DNA of 64,000 nucleotides from Auanema rhodensis (Eukaryota; Animalia; Nematoda), in contig OZ059899.1 of assembly GCA_964057225.1 (NCBI GenBank), positions 20,584,001 through 20,648,000 on the forward strand, given 5' to 3'. Shown one piece after another: positions 10,147 through 25,100 of this stretch. The position numbers were made by a program, and so were the translations under genes. The notes below the pieces were generated by a model that ran no database searches, was not told the origin of the DNA, and saw only the letters and a program-made list of their open reading frames with translations. Within the stretch, counting starts at the first letter, position 1. Each line of letters begins with the position of its first letter.

Positions 10147-13100
10147 TTGAAAAATGATGCATTAGTGTATGTTGAGTTTCCATGTACACTCAACATTGCT
10201 TCCAAAAACATTTTGACAAAAATTTTTCCGAAAAATTTTAAAATAATTTCGCAAAAAGTAGGTGTTTTTAGATTCCTTTTTTTCAAGGCAAAGACGATGG
10301 ACAATGTTATTCAACGAAAAAATTAATTCTGCAGGGTGAAAATCGAGGATATAAGTGTGAACTTATATCAGTTGATATCTCGGTGCATTTTTAAGCTAGC
10401 GCAAATCTGATAACACAGATCGACGCAGCTTAAAAATCCGCATCGAATGCACTATACATCATTGAGAAACGTTTAATACAAAAATTAGTTATGATCGTTT
10501 GAAAAATGATGCATTAGTGTATATTGAGTTTCCATGTACACTCAACATAGCTTCCAAAAACATTTTGACAAAAATTTTTCCGAAAAATTTCGAAATAAAT
10601 TCGCAAAAAGTAGGTGTTTTTAGATTCCTTTTTTTAAGGCAAAGACGATGGACAATGTTATTCAACGAAAAAATTAATTCTGCAGGGTGAAAATCGAGGA
10701 TATAAGTGTGAACTTATATCAGTTGATATCTCGGTGCATTTTTAAGCTAGCGCAAATCTGATAACACAGATCGACGCAGCTTAAAAATCCGCATCGAATG
10801 TACTATACTGCATTGAGAAACGCTTAATACAAAAGTTAGTTATGATCGTTTGAAAAATGATGCATTAGTGTATGTTGAGTTTCCATGTACACTCAACATT
10901 GCTTCCAAAAACATTTTGACAAAAATTTTTCCGAAAAATTTTAAAATAATTTCGCAAAAAGTAGGTGTTTTTAGATTCCTTTTTTTCAAGGCAAAGACGA
11001 TGGACAATGTTATTCAACGAAAAAATTAATTCTGCAGGGTGAAAATCGAGGATATAAGTGTGAACTTATATCAGTTGATATCTCGGTGCATTTTTAAGCT
11101 AGCGCAAATCTGATAACACAGATCGACGCAGCTTAAAAATCCGCATCGAATGCACTATACTACATTGAGAAACGCTTGATACAAAAATTAGGTATGATCG
11201 TTTGAAAAATGATGCATTAGTGTATATTGAGTTTCCATGTACACTCAACATAGCTTCCAAAAACATTTTGACAAAAATTTTTCCGAAAAATTTCGAAATA
11301 AATTCGCAAAAAGTAGGTGTTTTTAGATTCCTTTTTTCAAGGCAAAGACGATGGACAATGTTATTCAACGAAAAAATTAATTCTGCAGGGTGAAAATCGA
11401 GGATATAAGTGTGAACTTATATCAGTTGATATCTCGGTGCATTTTTAAGCTAGCGCAAATCTGATAACACAGATCGACGCAGCTTAAAAATCCGCATCGA
11501 ATGCACTATACATCATTGAGAAACATTTAATACAAAAATTAGTTATGATCGTTTGAAAAATGATGCATTAGTGTATATTGAGATTCCATGTACACTCAAC
11601 ATAGCTTCCAAAAACATTTTGACAAAAATTTTTCCGAAAAATTTCGAAATAAATTCGCAAAAAGTAGATGTTTTTAGATTCCTTTTTTCAAGGCAAAGAC
11701 GATGGACAATGTTATTCAACGAAAAAATTAATTCTGCAGGGTGAAAATCGAGGATATAAGTGTGAACTTATATCAGTTGATATCTCGGTGCATTTTTAAG
11801 CTAGCGCAAATCTGATAACACAGATCGACGCAGCTTAAAAATCCGCATCGAATGCACTATACTACATTGAGAAACGCTTGATACAAAAATTAGGTATGAT
11901 CGTTTGAAAAATGATGCATTAGTGTATATTGAGTTTCCATGTACACTCAACATAGCTTCCAAAAACATTTTGACAAAAATTTTTCCGAAAAATTTCGAAA
12001 TAAATTCGCAAAAAGTAGATGTTTTTAGATTCCTTTTTTCAAGGCAAAGACGATGGACAATGTTATTCAACGAAAAAATTAATTCTGCAGGGTGAAAATC
12101 GAGGATATAAGTGTGAACTTATATCAGTTGATATCTCGGTGCATTTTTAAGCTAGCGCAAATCTGATAACACAGATCGACGCAGCTTAAAAATCCGCATC
12201 GAATGCACTATACTGCATTGAGAAACGCTTAATACAAAAGTTAGTTATGATCGTTTGAAAAATGATGCATTACTGTAAGTTGAGTTTCCATGTACACTCA
12301 ACATTGCTTCCAAAAACATTTTGACAAAAATTTTTCCGAAAAATTTCAAAATAATTTCGCGAAAAGTAGATGTTTTTAGATTCCTTTTTTCAAGGCAAAG
12401 ACGATGGACAATGTTATTCAACGAAAAAATTAATTCTGCAGGGTGAAAATCGAGGATATAAGTGTGAACTTATATCAGTTGATATCTCGGTGCATTTTTA
12501 AGCTAGCGCAAATCTGATAACACAGATCGACGCAGCTTAAAAATCCGCATCGAATACACTATACTACATTGAGAAACGCTTAATACAAAAATTAGTTATG
12601 ATCGTTTGAAAAATGATGCATTAGTGTATGTTGAGTTTCCATGTACACTCAACATTGCTTCCAAAAACATTTTGACAAAAATTTTTCCGAAAAATTTTAA
12701 AATAATTTCGCAAAAAGTAGGTGTTTTTAGATTCCTTTTTTTCAAGGCAAAGACGATGGACAATGTTATTCAACGAAAAAATTAATTCTGCAGGGTGAAA
12801 ATCGAGGATATAAGTGTGAACTTATATCAGTTGATATCTCGGTGCATTTTTAAGCTAGCGCAAATCTGATAACACAGATCGACGCAGCTTAAAAATCCGC
12901 ATCGAATGTACTATACTGCATTGAGAAACGCTTAATACAAAAGTTAGTTATGATCGTTTGAAAAATGATGCATTAGTGTATGTTGAGTTTCCATGTACAC
13001 TCAACATTGCTTCCAAAAACATTTTGACAAAAATTTTTCCGAAAAATTTTAAAATAATTTCGCAAAAAGTAGGTGTTTTTAGATTCCTTTTTTTCAAGGC

Positions 13101-16100
13101 AAAGACGATGGACAATGTTATTCAACGAAAAAATTAATTCTGCAGGGTGAAAATCGAGGATATAAGTGTGAACTTATATCAGTTGATATCTCGGTGCATT
13201 TTTAAGCTAGCGCAAATCTGATAACACAGATCGACGCAGCTTAAAAATCCGCATCGAATGCACTATACTACATTGAGAAACGCTTGATACAAAAATTAGG
13301 TATGATCGTTTGAAAAATGATGCATTAGTGTATATTGAGTTTCCATGTACACTCAACATAGCTTCCAAAAACATTTTGACAAAAATTTTTCCGAAAAATT
13401 TCGAAATAAATTCGCAAAAAGTAGGTGTTTTTAGATTCCTTTTTTCAAGGCAAAGACGATGGACAATGTTATTCAACGAAAAAATTAATTCTGCAGGGTG
13501 AAAATCGAGGATATAAGTGTGAACTTATATCAGTTGATATCTCGGTGCATTTTTAAGCTAGCGCAAATCTGATAACACAGATCGACGCAGCTTAAAAATC
13601 CGCATCGAATGCACTATACATCATTGAGAAACATTTAATACAAAAATTAGTTATGATCGTTTGAAAAATGATGCATTAGTGTATATTGAGATTCCATGTA
13701 CACTCAACATAGCTTCCAAAAACATTTTGACAAAAATTTTTCCGAAAAATTTCGAAATAAATTCGCAAAAAGTAGATGTTTTTAGATTCCTTTTTTCAAG
13801 GCAAAGACGATGGACAATGTTATTCAACGAAAAAATTAATTCTGCAGGGTGAAAATCGAGGATATAAGTGTGAACTTATATCAGTTGATATCTCGGTGCA
13901 TTTTTAAGCTAGCGCAAATCTGATAACACAGATCGACGCAGCTTAAAAATCCGCATCGAATGCACTATACTACATTGAGAAACGCTTGATACAAAAATTA
14001 GGTATGATCGTTTGAAAAATGATGCATTAGTGTATATTGAGTTTCCATGTACACTCAACATAGCTTCCAAAAACATTTTGACAAAAATTTTTCCGAAAAA
14101 TTTCGAAATAAATTCGCAAAAAGTAGATGTTTTTAGATTCCTTTTTTCAAGGCAAAGACGATGGACAATGTTATTCAACGAAAAAATTAATTCTGCAGGG
14201 TGAAAATCGAGGATATAAGTGTGAACTTATATCAGTTGATATCTCGGTGCATTTTTAAGCTAGCGCAAATCTGATAACACAGATCGACGCAGCTTAAAAA
14301 TCCGCATCGAATGCACTATACTGCATTGAGAAACGCTTAATACAAAAGTTAGTTATGATCGTTTGAAAAATGATGCATTACTGTAAGTTGAGTTTCCATG
14401 TACACTCAACATTGCTTCCAAAAACATTTTGACAAAAATTTTTCCGAAAAATTTCAAAATAATTTCGCGAAAAGTAGATGTTTTTAGATTCCTTTTTTCA
14501 AGGCAAAGACGATGGACAATGTTATTCAACGAAAAAATTAATTCTGCAGGGTGAAAATCGAGGATATAAGTGTGAACTTATATCAGTTGATATCTCGGTG
14601 CATTTTTAAGCTAGCGCAAATCTGATAACACAGATCGACGCAGCTTAAAAATCCGCATCGAATGCACTATACTGCATTGAGAAACGCTTAATACAAAAGT
14701 TAGTTATGATCGTTTGAAAAATGATGCATTAGTGTATGTTGAGTTTCCATGTACACTCAACATTGCTTCCAAAAACATTTTGACAAAAATTTTTCCGAAA
14801 AATTTCAAAATAATTTCGCAAAAAGTAGGTGTTTTTAGATTCCTTTTTTCAAGGCAAAGACGATGGACAATGTTATTCAACGAAAAAATTAATTCTGCAG
14901 GGTGAAAATCGAGGATATAAGTGTGAACTTATATCAGTTGATATCTCGGTGCATTTTTAAGCTAGCGCAAATCTGATAACACAGATCGACGCAGCTTAAA
15001 AATCCGCATCGAATGCACTATACTACATTGAGAAACGCTTGATACAAAAATTAGGTATGATCGTTTGAAAAATGATGCATTAGTGTATATTGAGTTTCCA
15101 TGTACACTCAACATTGCTTCCAAAAACATTTTGACAAAAATTTTTCCGAAAAATTTCGAAATAAATTCGCAAAAAGTAGGTGTTTTTAGATTCCTTTTTT
15201 CAAGGCAAAGACGATGGACAATGTTATTCAACGAAAAAATTAATTCTGCAGGGTGAAAATCGAGGATATAAGTGTGAACTTATATCAGTTGATATCTCGG
15301 TGCATTTTTAAGCTAGCGCAAATCTGATAACACAGATCGACGCAGCTTAAAAATCCGCATCGAATGCACTATACTACATTGAGAAACGCTTGATACAAAA
15401 ATTAGGTATGATCGTTTGAAAAATGATGCATTAGTGTATATTGAGTTTCCATGTACACTCAACATAGCTTCCAAAAACATTTTGACAAAAATTTTTCCGA
15501 AAAATTTCGAAATAAATTCGCAAAAAGTAGGTGTTTTTAGATTCCTTTTTTCAAGGCAAAGACGATGGACAATGTTATTCAACGAAAAAATTAATTCTGC
15601 AGGGTGAAAATCGAGGATATAAGTGTGAACTTATATCAGTTGATATCTCGGTGCATTTTTAAGCTAGCGCAAATCTGATAACACAGATCGACGCAGCTTA
15701 AAAATCCGCATCGAATGCACTATACATCATTGAGAAACGTTTAATACAAAAATTAGTTATGATCGTTTGAAAAATGATGCATTAGTGTATATTGAGTTTC
15801 CATGTACACTCAACATAGCTTCCAAAAACATTTTGACAAAAATTTTTCCGAAAAATTTCGAAATAAATTCGCAAAAAGTAGGTGTTTTTAGATTCCTTTT
15901 TTTAAGGCAAAGACGATGGACAATGTTATTCAACGAAAAAATTAATTCTGCAGGGTGAAAATCGAGGATATAAGTGTGAACTTATATCAGTTGATATCTC
16001 GGTGCATTTTTAAGCTAGCGCAAATCTGATAACACAGATCGACGCAGCTTAAAAATCCGCATCGAATGTACTATACTGCATTGAGAAACGCTTAATACAA

Positions 16101-19100
16101 AAGTTAGTTATGATCGTTTGAAAAATGATGCATTAGTGTATGTTGAGTTTCCATGTACACTCAAAATTGCTTCCAAAAACATTTTGACAAAAATTTTTCC
16201 GAAAAATTTTAAAATAATTTCGCAAAAAGTAGGTGTTTTTAGATTCCTTTTTTTCAAGGCAAAGACGATGGACAATGTTATTCAACGAAAAAATTAATTC
16301 TGCAGGGTGAAAATCGAGGATATAAGTGTGAACTTATATCAGTTGATATCTCGGTGCATTTTTAAGCTAGCGCAAATCTGATAACACAGATCGACGCAGC
16401 TTAAAAATCCGCATCGAATGCACTATACTACATTGAGAAACGCTTGATACAAAAATTAGGTATGATCGTTTGAAAAATGATGCATTAGTGTATATTGAGT
16501 TTCCATGTACACTCAACATAGCTTCCAAAAACATTTTGACAAAAATTTTTCCGAAAAATTTCGAAATAAATTCGCAAAAAGTAGGTGTTTTTAGATTCCT
16601 TTTTTCAAGGCAAAGACGATGGACAATGTTATTCAACGAAAAAATTAATTCTGCAGGGTGAAAATCGAGGATATAAGTGTGAACTTATATCAGTTGATAT
16701 CTCGGTGCATTTTTAAGCTAGCGCAAATCTGATAACACAGATCGACGCAGCTTAAAAATCCGCATCGAATGCACTATACATCATTGAGAAACATTTAATA
16801 CAAAAATTAGTTATGATCGTTTGAAAAATGATGCATTAGTGTATATTGAGATTCCATGTACACTCAACATAGCTTCCAAAAACATTTTGACAAAAATTTT
16901 TCCGAAAAATTTCGAAATAAATTCGCAAAAAGTAGATGTTTTTAGATTCCTTTTTTCAAGGCAAAGACGATGGACAATGTTATTCAACGAAAAAATTAAT
17001 TCTGCAGGGTGAAAATCGAGGATATAAGTGTGAACTTATATCAGTTGATATCTCGGTGCATTTTTAAGCTAGCGCAAATCTGATAACACAGATCGACGCA
17101 GCTTAAAAATCCGCATCGAATGCACTATACTACATTGAGAAACGCTTGATACAAAAATTAGGTATGATCGTTTGAAAAATGATGCATTAGTGTATATTGA
17201 GTTTCCATGTACACTCAACATAGCTTCCAAAAACATTTTGACAAAAATTTTTCCGAAAAATTTCGAAATAAATTCGCAAAAAGTAGATGTTTTTAGATTC
17301 CTTTTTTCAAGGCAAAGACGATGGACAATGTTATTCAACGAAAAAATTAATTCTGCAGGGTGAAAATCGAGGATATAAGTGTGAACTTATATCAGTTGAT
17401 ATCTCGGTGCATTTTTAAGCTAGCGCAAATCTGATAACACAGATCGACGCAGCTTAAAAATCCGCATCGAATGCACTATACTGCATTGAGAAACGCTTAA
17501 TACAAAAGTTAGTTATGATCGTTTGAAAAATGATGCATTACTGTAAGTTGAGTTTCCATGTACACTCAACATTGCTTCCAAAAACATTTTGACAAAAATT
17601 TTTCCGAAAAATTTCAAAATAATTTCGCGAAAAGTAGATGTTTTTAGATTCCTTTTTTCAAGGCAAAGACGATGGACAATGTTATTCAACGAAAAAATTA
17701 ATTCTGCAGGGTGAAAATCGAGGATATAAGTGTGAACTTATATCAGTTGATATCTCGGTGCATTTTTAAGCTAGCGCAAATCTGATAACACAGATCGACG
17801 CAGCTTAAAAATCCGCATCGAATGCACTATACTGCATTGAGAAACGCTTAATACAAAAGTTAGTTATGATCGTTTGAAAAATGATGCATTAGTGTATGTT
17901 GAGTTTCCATGTACACTCAACATTGCTTCCAAAAACATTTTGACAAAAATTTTTCCGAAAAATTTCAAAATAATTTCGCAAAAAGTAGGTGTTTTTAGAT
18001 TCCTTTTTTCAAGGCAAAGACGATGGACAATGTTATTCAACGAAAAAATTAATTCTGCAGGGTGAAAATCGAGGATATAAGTGTGAACTTATATCAGTTG
18101 ATATCTCGGTGCATTTTTAAGCTAGCGCAAATCTGATAACACAGATCGACGCAGCTTAAAAATCCGCATCGAATGCACTATACTGCATTGAGAAACGCTT
18201 AATACAAAAGTTAGTTATGATCGTTTGAAAAATGATGCATTACTGTAAGTTGAGTTTCCATGTACACTCAACATTGCTTCCAAAAACATTTTGACAAAAA
18301 TTTTTCCGAAAAATTTCAAAATAATTTCGCGAAAAGTAGATGTTTTTAGATTCCTTTTTTCAAGGCAAAGACGATGGACAATGTTATTCAACGAAAAAAT
18401 TAATTCTGCAGGGTGAAAATCGAGGATATAAGTGTGAACTTATATCAGTTGATATCTCGGTGCATTTTTAAGCTAGCGCAAATCTGATAACACAGATCGA
18501 CGCAGCTTAAAAATCCGCATCGAATGCACTATACTGCATTGAGAAACGCTTAATACAAAAGTTAGTTATGATCGTTTGAAAAATGATGCATTAGTGTATG
18601 TTGAGTTTCCATGTACACTCAACATTGCTTCCAAAAACATTTTGACAAAAATTTTTCCGAAAAATTTCAAAATAATTTCGCAAAAAGTAGGTGTTTTTAG
18701 ATTCCTTTTTTCAAGGCAAAGACGATGGACAATGTTATTCAACGAAAAAATTAATTCTGCAGGGTGAAAATCGAGGATATAAGTGTGAACTTATATCAGT
18801 TGATATCTCGGTGCATTTTTAAGCTAGCGCAAATCTGATAACACAGATCGACGCAGCTTAAAAATCCGCATCGAATGCACTATACTGCATTGAGAAACGC
18901 TTAATACAAAAGTTAGTTATGATCGTTTGAAAAATGATGCATTACTGTAAGTTGAGTTTCCATGTACACTCAACATTGCTTCCAAAAACATTTTGACAAA
19001 AATTTTTCCGAAAAATTTCAAAATAATTTCGCGAAAAGTAGATGTTTTTAGATTCCTTTTTTCAAGGCAAAGACGATGGACAATGTTATTCAACGAAAAA

Positions 19101-22100
19101 ATTAATTCTGCAGGGTGAAAATCGAGGATATAAGTGTGAACTTATATCAGTTGATATCTCGGTGCATTTTTAAGCTAGCGCAAATCTGATAACACAGATC
19201 GACGCAGCTTAAAAATCCGCATCGAATGCACTATACTGCATTGAGAAACGCTTAATACAAAAGTTAGTTATGATCGTTTGAAAAATGATGCATTAGTGTA
19301 TGTTGAGTTTCCATGTACACTCAACATTGCTTCCAAAAACATTTTGACAAAAATTTTTCCGAAAAATTTCAAAATAATTTCGCAAAAAGTAGGTGTTTTT
19401 AGATTCCTTTTTTCAAGGCAAAGACGATGGACAATGTTATTCAACGAAAAAATTAATTCTGCAGGGTGAAAATCGAGGATATAAGTGTGAACTTATATCA
19501 GTTGATATCTCGGTGCATTTTTAAGCTAGCGCAAATCTGATAACACAGATCGACGCAGCTTAAAAATCCGCATCGAATGCACTATACATCATTGAAAAAC
19601 ATTTAATACAAAAATTAGTTATGATCGTTTGAAAAATGATGCATTAGTGTATATTGAGATTCCATGTACACTCAACATAGCTTCCAAAAACATTTTGACA
19701 AAAATTTTTCCGAAAAATTTCAAGATAAATTCGCAAAAAGTAGATGTTTTTAGATTCCTTTTTTCAAGGCAAAGACGATGGACAATGTTATTCAACGAAA
19801 AAATTAATTCTGCAGGGTGAAAATCGAGGATATAAGTGTGAACTTATATCAGTTGATATCTCGGTGCATTTTTAAGCTAGCGCAAATCTGATAACACAGA
19901 TCGACGCTGCTTAAAAATTCGCATCGAATGCACTATACTACATTGAGAAACGCTTGATACAAAAATTAGGTATGATCGTTTGAAAAATGATGCATTAGTG
20001 TATGTTGAGTTTCCATGTACACTCAACATAGCTTCCAAAAACATTTTGACAAAAATTTTTCCGAAAAATTTCGAAATAAATTCGCAAAAAGTAGATGTTT
20101 TTAGATTCCTTTTTTCAAGGCAAAGACGATGGACAATGTTATTCATCGAAAAAATTAATTCTGCAGGGTGAAAATCGAGGATATAAGTGTGAACTTATAT
20201 CAGTTGATATCTCGGTGCATTTTTAAGCTAGCGCAAATCTGATAACACAGATCGACGCAGCTTAAAAATCCGCATCGAATGCATTATACTACATTGAGAA
20301 ACGCTTAATACAAAAATTAGTTATGATCGTTTGAAAAATGATGCATTAGTGTATGTTGAGTTTCCATGTACACTCAACATTGCTTCCAAAAACATTTTGA
20401 CAAAAATTTTTCCGAAAAATTTCGAAATAAATTCGCAAAAAGTAGGTGTTTTTAGATTCCTTTTTTCAAGGCAAAGACGATGGACAATGTTATTCAACGA
20501 AAAAATTAATTCTGCAGGGTGAAAATCGAGGATATAAGTGTGAACTTATATCAGTTGATATCTCGGTGCATTTTTAAGCTAGCGCAAATCTGATAACACA
20601 GATCGACGCAGCTTAAAAATCCGCATCGAATGCACTATACTGCATTGAGAAACGCTTAATACAAAAGTTAGTTATGATCGTTTGAAAAATGATGCATTAC
20701 TGTAAGTTGAGTTTCCATGTACACTCAACATTGCTTCCAAAAACATTTTGACAAAAATTTTTCCGAAAAATTTCAAAATAATTTCGCGAAAAGTAGATGT
20801 TTTTAGATTCCTTTTTTCAAGGCAAAGACGATGGACAATGTTATTCAACGAAAAAATTAATTCTGCAGGGTGAAAATCGAGGATATAAGTGTGAACTTAT
20901 ATCAGTTGATATCTCGGTGCATTTTTAAGCTAGCGCAAATCTGATAACACAGATCGACGCAGCTTAAAAATCCGCATCGAATGCACTATACTGCATTGAG
21001 AAACGCTTAATACAAAAGTTAGTTATGATCGTTTGAAAAATGATGCATTAGTGTATGTTGAGTTTCCATGTACACTCAACATTGCTTCCAAAAACATTTT
21101 GACAAAAATTTTTCCGAAAAATTTCAAAATAATTTCGCAAAAAGTAGGTGTTTTTAGATTCCTTTTTTCAAGGCAAAGACGATGGACAATGTTATTCAAC
21201 GAAAAAATTAATTCTGCAGGGTGAAAATCGAGGATATAAGTGTGAACTTATATCAGTTGATATCTCGGTGCATTTTTAAGCTAGCGCAAATCTGATAACA
21301 CAGATCGACGCAGCTTAAAAATCCGCATCGAATGCACTATACTACATTGAGAAACGCTTGATACAAAAATTAGGTATGATCGTTTGAAAAATGATGCATT
21401 AGTGTATATTGAGTTTCCATGTACACTCAACATTGCTTCCAAAAACATTTTGACAAAAATTTTTCCGAAAAATTTCGAAATAAATTCGCAAAAAGTAGGT
21501 GTTTTTAGATTCCTTTTTTCAAGGCAAAGACGATGGACAATGTTATTCAACGAAAAAATTAATTCTGCAGGGTGAAAATCGAGGATATAAGTGTGAACTT
21601 ATATCAGTTGATATCTCGGTGCATTTTTAAGCTAGCGCAAATCTGATAACACAGATCGACGCAGCTTAAAAATCCGCATCGAATGCACTATACTACATTG
21701 AGAAACGCTTGATACAAAAATTAGGTATGATCGTTTGAAAAATGATGCATTAGTGTATATTGAGTTTCCATGTACACTCAACATAGCTTCCAAAAACATT
21801 TTGACAAAAATTTTTCCGAAAAATTTCGAAATAAATTCGCAAAAAGTAGGTGTTTTTAGATTCCTTTTTTCAAGGCAAAGACGATGGACAATGTTATTCA
21901 ACGAAAAAATTAATTCTGCAGGGTGAAAATCGAGGATATAAGTGTGAACTTATATCAGTTGATATCTCGGTGCATTTTTAAGCTAGCGCAAATCTGATAA
22001 CACAGATCGACGCAGCTTAAAAATCCGCATCGAATGCACTATACATCATTGAGAAACGTTTAATACAAAAATTAGTTATGATCGTTTGAAAAATGATGCA

Positions 22101-25100
22101 TTAGTGTATATTGAGTTTCCATGTACACTCAACATAGCTTCCAAAAACATTTTGACAAAAATTTTTCCGAAAAATTTCGAAATAAATTCGCAAAAAGTAG
22201 GTGTTTTTAGATTCCTTTTTTTAAGGCAAAGACGATGGACAATGTTATTCAACGAAAAAATTAATTCTGCAGGGTGAAAATCGAGGATATAAGTGTGAAC
22301 TTATATCAGTTGATATCTCGGTGCATTTTTAAGCTAGCGCAAATCTGATAACACAGATCGACGCAGCTTAAAAATCCGCATCGAATGTACTATACTGCAT
22401 TGAGAAACGCTTAATACAAAAGTTAGTTATGATCGTTTGAAAAATGATGCATTAGTGTATGTTGAGTTTCCATGTACACTCAAAATTGCTTCCAAAAACA
22501 TTTTGACAAAAATTTTTCCGAAAAATTTTAAAATAATTTCGCAAAAAGTAGGTGTTTTTAGATTCCTTTTTTTCAAGGCAAAGACGATGGACAATGTTAT
22601 TCAACGAAAAAATTAATTCTGCAGGGTGAAAATCGAGGATATAAGTGTGAACTTATATCAGTTGATATCTCGGTGCATTTTTAAGCTAGCGCAAATCTGA
22701 TAACACAGATCGACGCAGCTTAAAAATCCGCATCGAATGCACTATACTACATTGAGAAACGCTTGATACAAAAATTAGGTATGATCGTTTGAAAAATGAT
22801 GCATTAGTGTATATTGAGTTTCCATGTACACTCAACATAGCTTCCAAAAACATTTTGACAAAAATTTTTCCGAAAAATTTCGAAATAAATTCGCAAAAAG
22901 TAGGTGTTTTTAGATTCCTTTTTTCAAGGCAAAGACGATGGACAATGTTATTCAACGAAAAAATTAATTCTGCAGGGTGAAAATCGAGGATATAAGTGTG
23001 AACTTATATCAGTTGATATCTCGGTGCATTTTTAAGCTAGCGCAAATCTGATAACACAGATCGACGCAGCTTAAAAATCCGCATCGAATGCACTATACAT
23101 CATTGAGAAACATTTAATACAAAAATTAGTTATGATCGTTTGAAAAATGATGCATTAGTGTATATTGAGATTCCATGTACACTCAACATAGCTTCCAAAA
23201 ACATTTTGACAAAAATTTTTCCGAAAAATTTCGAAATAAATTCGCAAAAAGTAGATGTTTTTAGATTCCTTTTTTCAAGGCAAAGACGATGGACAATGTT
23301 ATTCAACGAAAAAATTAATTCTGCAGGGTGAAAATCGAGGATATAAGTGTGAACTTATATCAGTTGATATCTCGGTGCATTTTTAAGCTAGCGCAAATCT
23401 GATAACACAGATCGACGCAGCTTAAAAATCCGCATCGAATGCACTATACTACATTGAGAAACGCTTGATACAAAAATTAGGTATGATCGTTTGAAAAATG
23501 ATGCATTAGTGTATATTGAGTTTCCATGTACACTCAACATAGCTTCCAAAAACATTTTGACAAAAATTTTTCCGAAAAATTTCGAAATAAATTCGCAAAA
23601 AGTAGATGTTTTTAGATTCCTTTTTTCAAGGCAAAGACGATGGACAATGTTATTCAACGAAAAAATTAATTCTGCAGGGTGAAAATCGAGGATATAAGTG
23701 TGAACTTATATCAGTTGATATCTCGGTGCATTTTTAAGCTAGCGCAAATCTGATAACACAGATCGACGCAGCTTAAAAATCCGCATCGAATGCACTATAC
23801 TGCATTGAGAAACGCTTAATACAAAAGTTAGTTATGATCGTTTGAAAAATGATGCATTACTGTAAGTTGAGTTTCCATGTACACTCAACATTGCTTCCAA
23901 AAACATTTTGACAAAAATTTTTCCGAAAAATTTCAAAATAATTTCGCGAAAAGTAGATGTTTTTAGATTTCTTTTTTCAAGGCAAAGACGATGGACAATG
24001 TTATTCAACGAAAAAATTAATTCTGCAGGGTGAAAATCGAGGATATAAGTGTGAACTTATATCAGTTGATATCTCGGTGCATTTTTAAGCTAGCGCAAAT
24101 CTGATAACACAGATCGACGCAGCTTAAAAATCCGCATCGAATGCACTATACTGCATTGAGAAACGCTTAATACAAAAGTTAGTTATGATCGTTTGAAAAA
24201 TGATGCATTACTGTAAGTTGAGTTTCCATGTACACTCAACATTGCTTCCAAAAACATTTTGACAAAAATTTTTCCGAAAAATTTCAAAATAATTTCGCGA
24301 AAAGTAGATGTTTTTAGATTCCTTTTTTCAAGGCAAAGACGATGGACAATGTTATTCAACGAAAAAATTAATTCTGCAGGGTGAAAATCGAGGATATAAG
24401 TGTGAACTTATATCAGTTGATATCTCGGTGCATTTTTAAGCTAGCGCAAATCTGATAACACAGATCGACGCAGCTTAAAAATCCGCATCGAATGCACTAT
24501 ACTGCATTGAGAAACGCTTAATACAAAAGTTAGTTATGATCGTTTGAAAAATGATGCATTAGTGTATGTTGAGTTTCCATGTACACTCAACATTGCTTCC
24601 AAAAACATTTTGACAAAAATTTTTCCGAAAAATTTCAAAATAATTTCGCAAAAAGTAGGTGTTTTTAGATTCCTTTTTTCAAGGCAAAGACGATGGACAA
24701 TGTTATTCAACGAAAAAATTAATTCTGCAGGGTGAAAATCGAGGATATAAGTGTGAACTTATATCAGTTGATATCTCGGTGCATTTTTAAGCTAGCGCAA
24801 ATCTGATAACACAGATCGACGCAGCTTAAAAATCCGCATCGAATGCACTATACTGCATTGAGAAACGCTTAATACAAAAGTTAGTTATGATCGTTTGAAA
24901 AATGATGCATTACTGTAAGTTGAGTTTCCATGTACACTCAACATTGCTTCCAAAAACATTTTGACAAAAATTTTTCCGAAAAATTTCAAAATAATTTCGC
25001 GAAAAGTAGATGTTTTTAGATTCCTTTTTTCAAGGCAAAGACGATGGACAATGTTATTCAACGAAAAAATTAATTCTGCAGGGTGAAAATCGAGGATATA

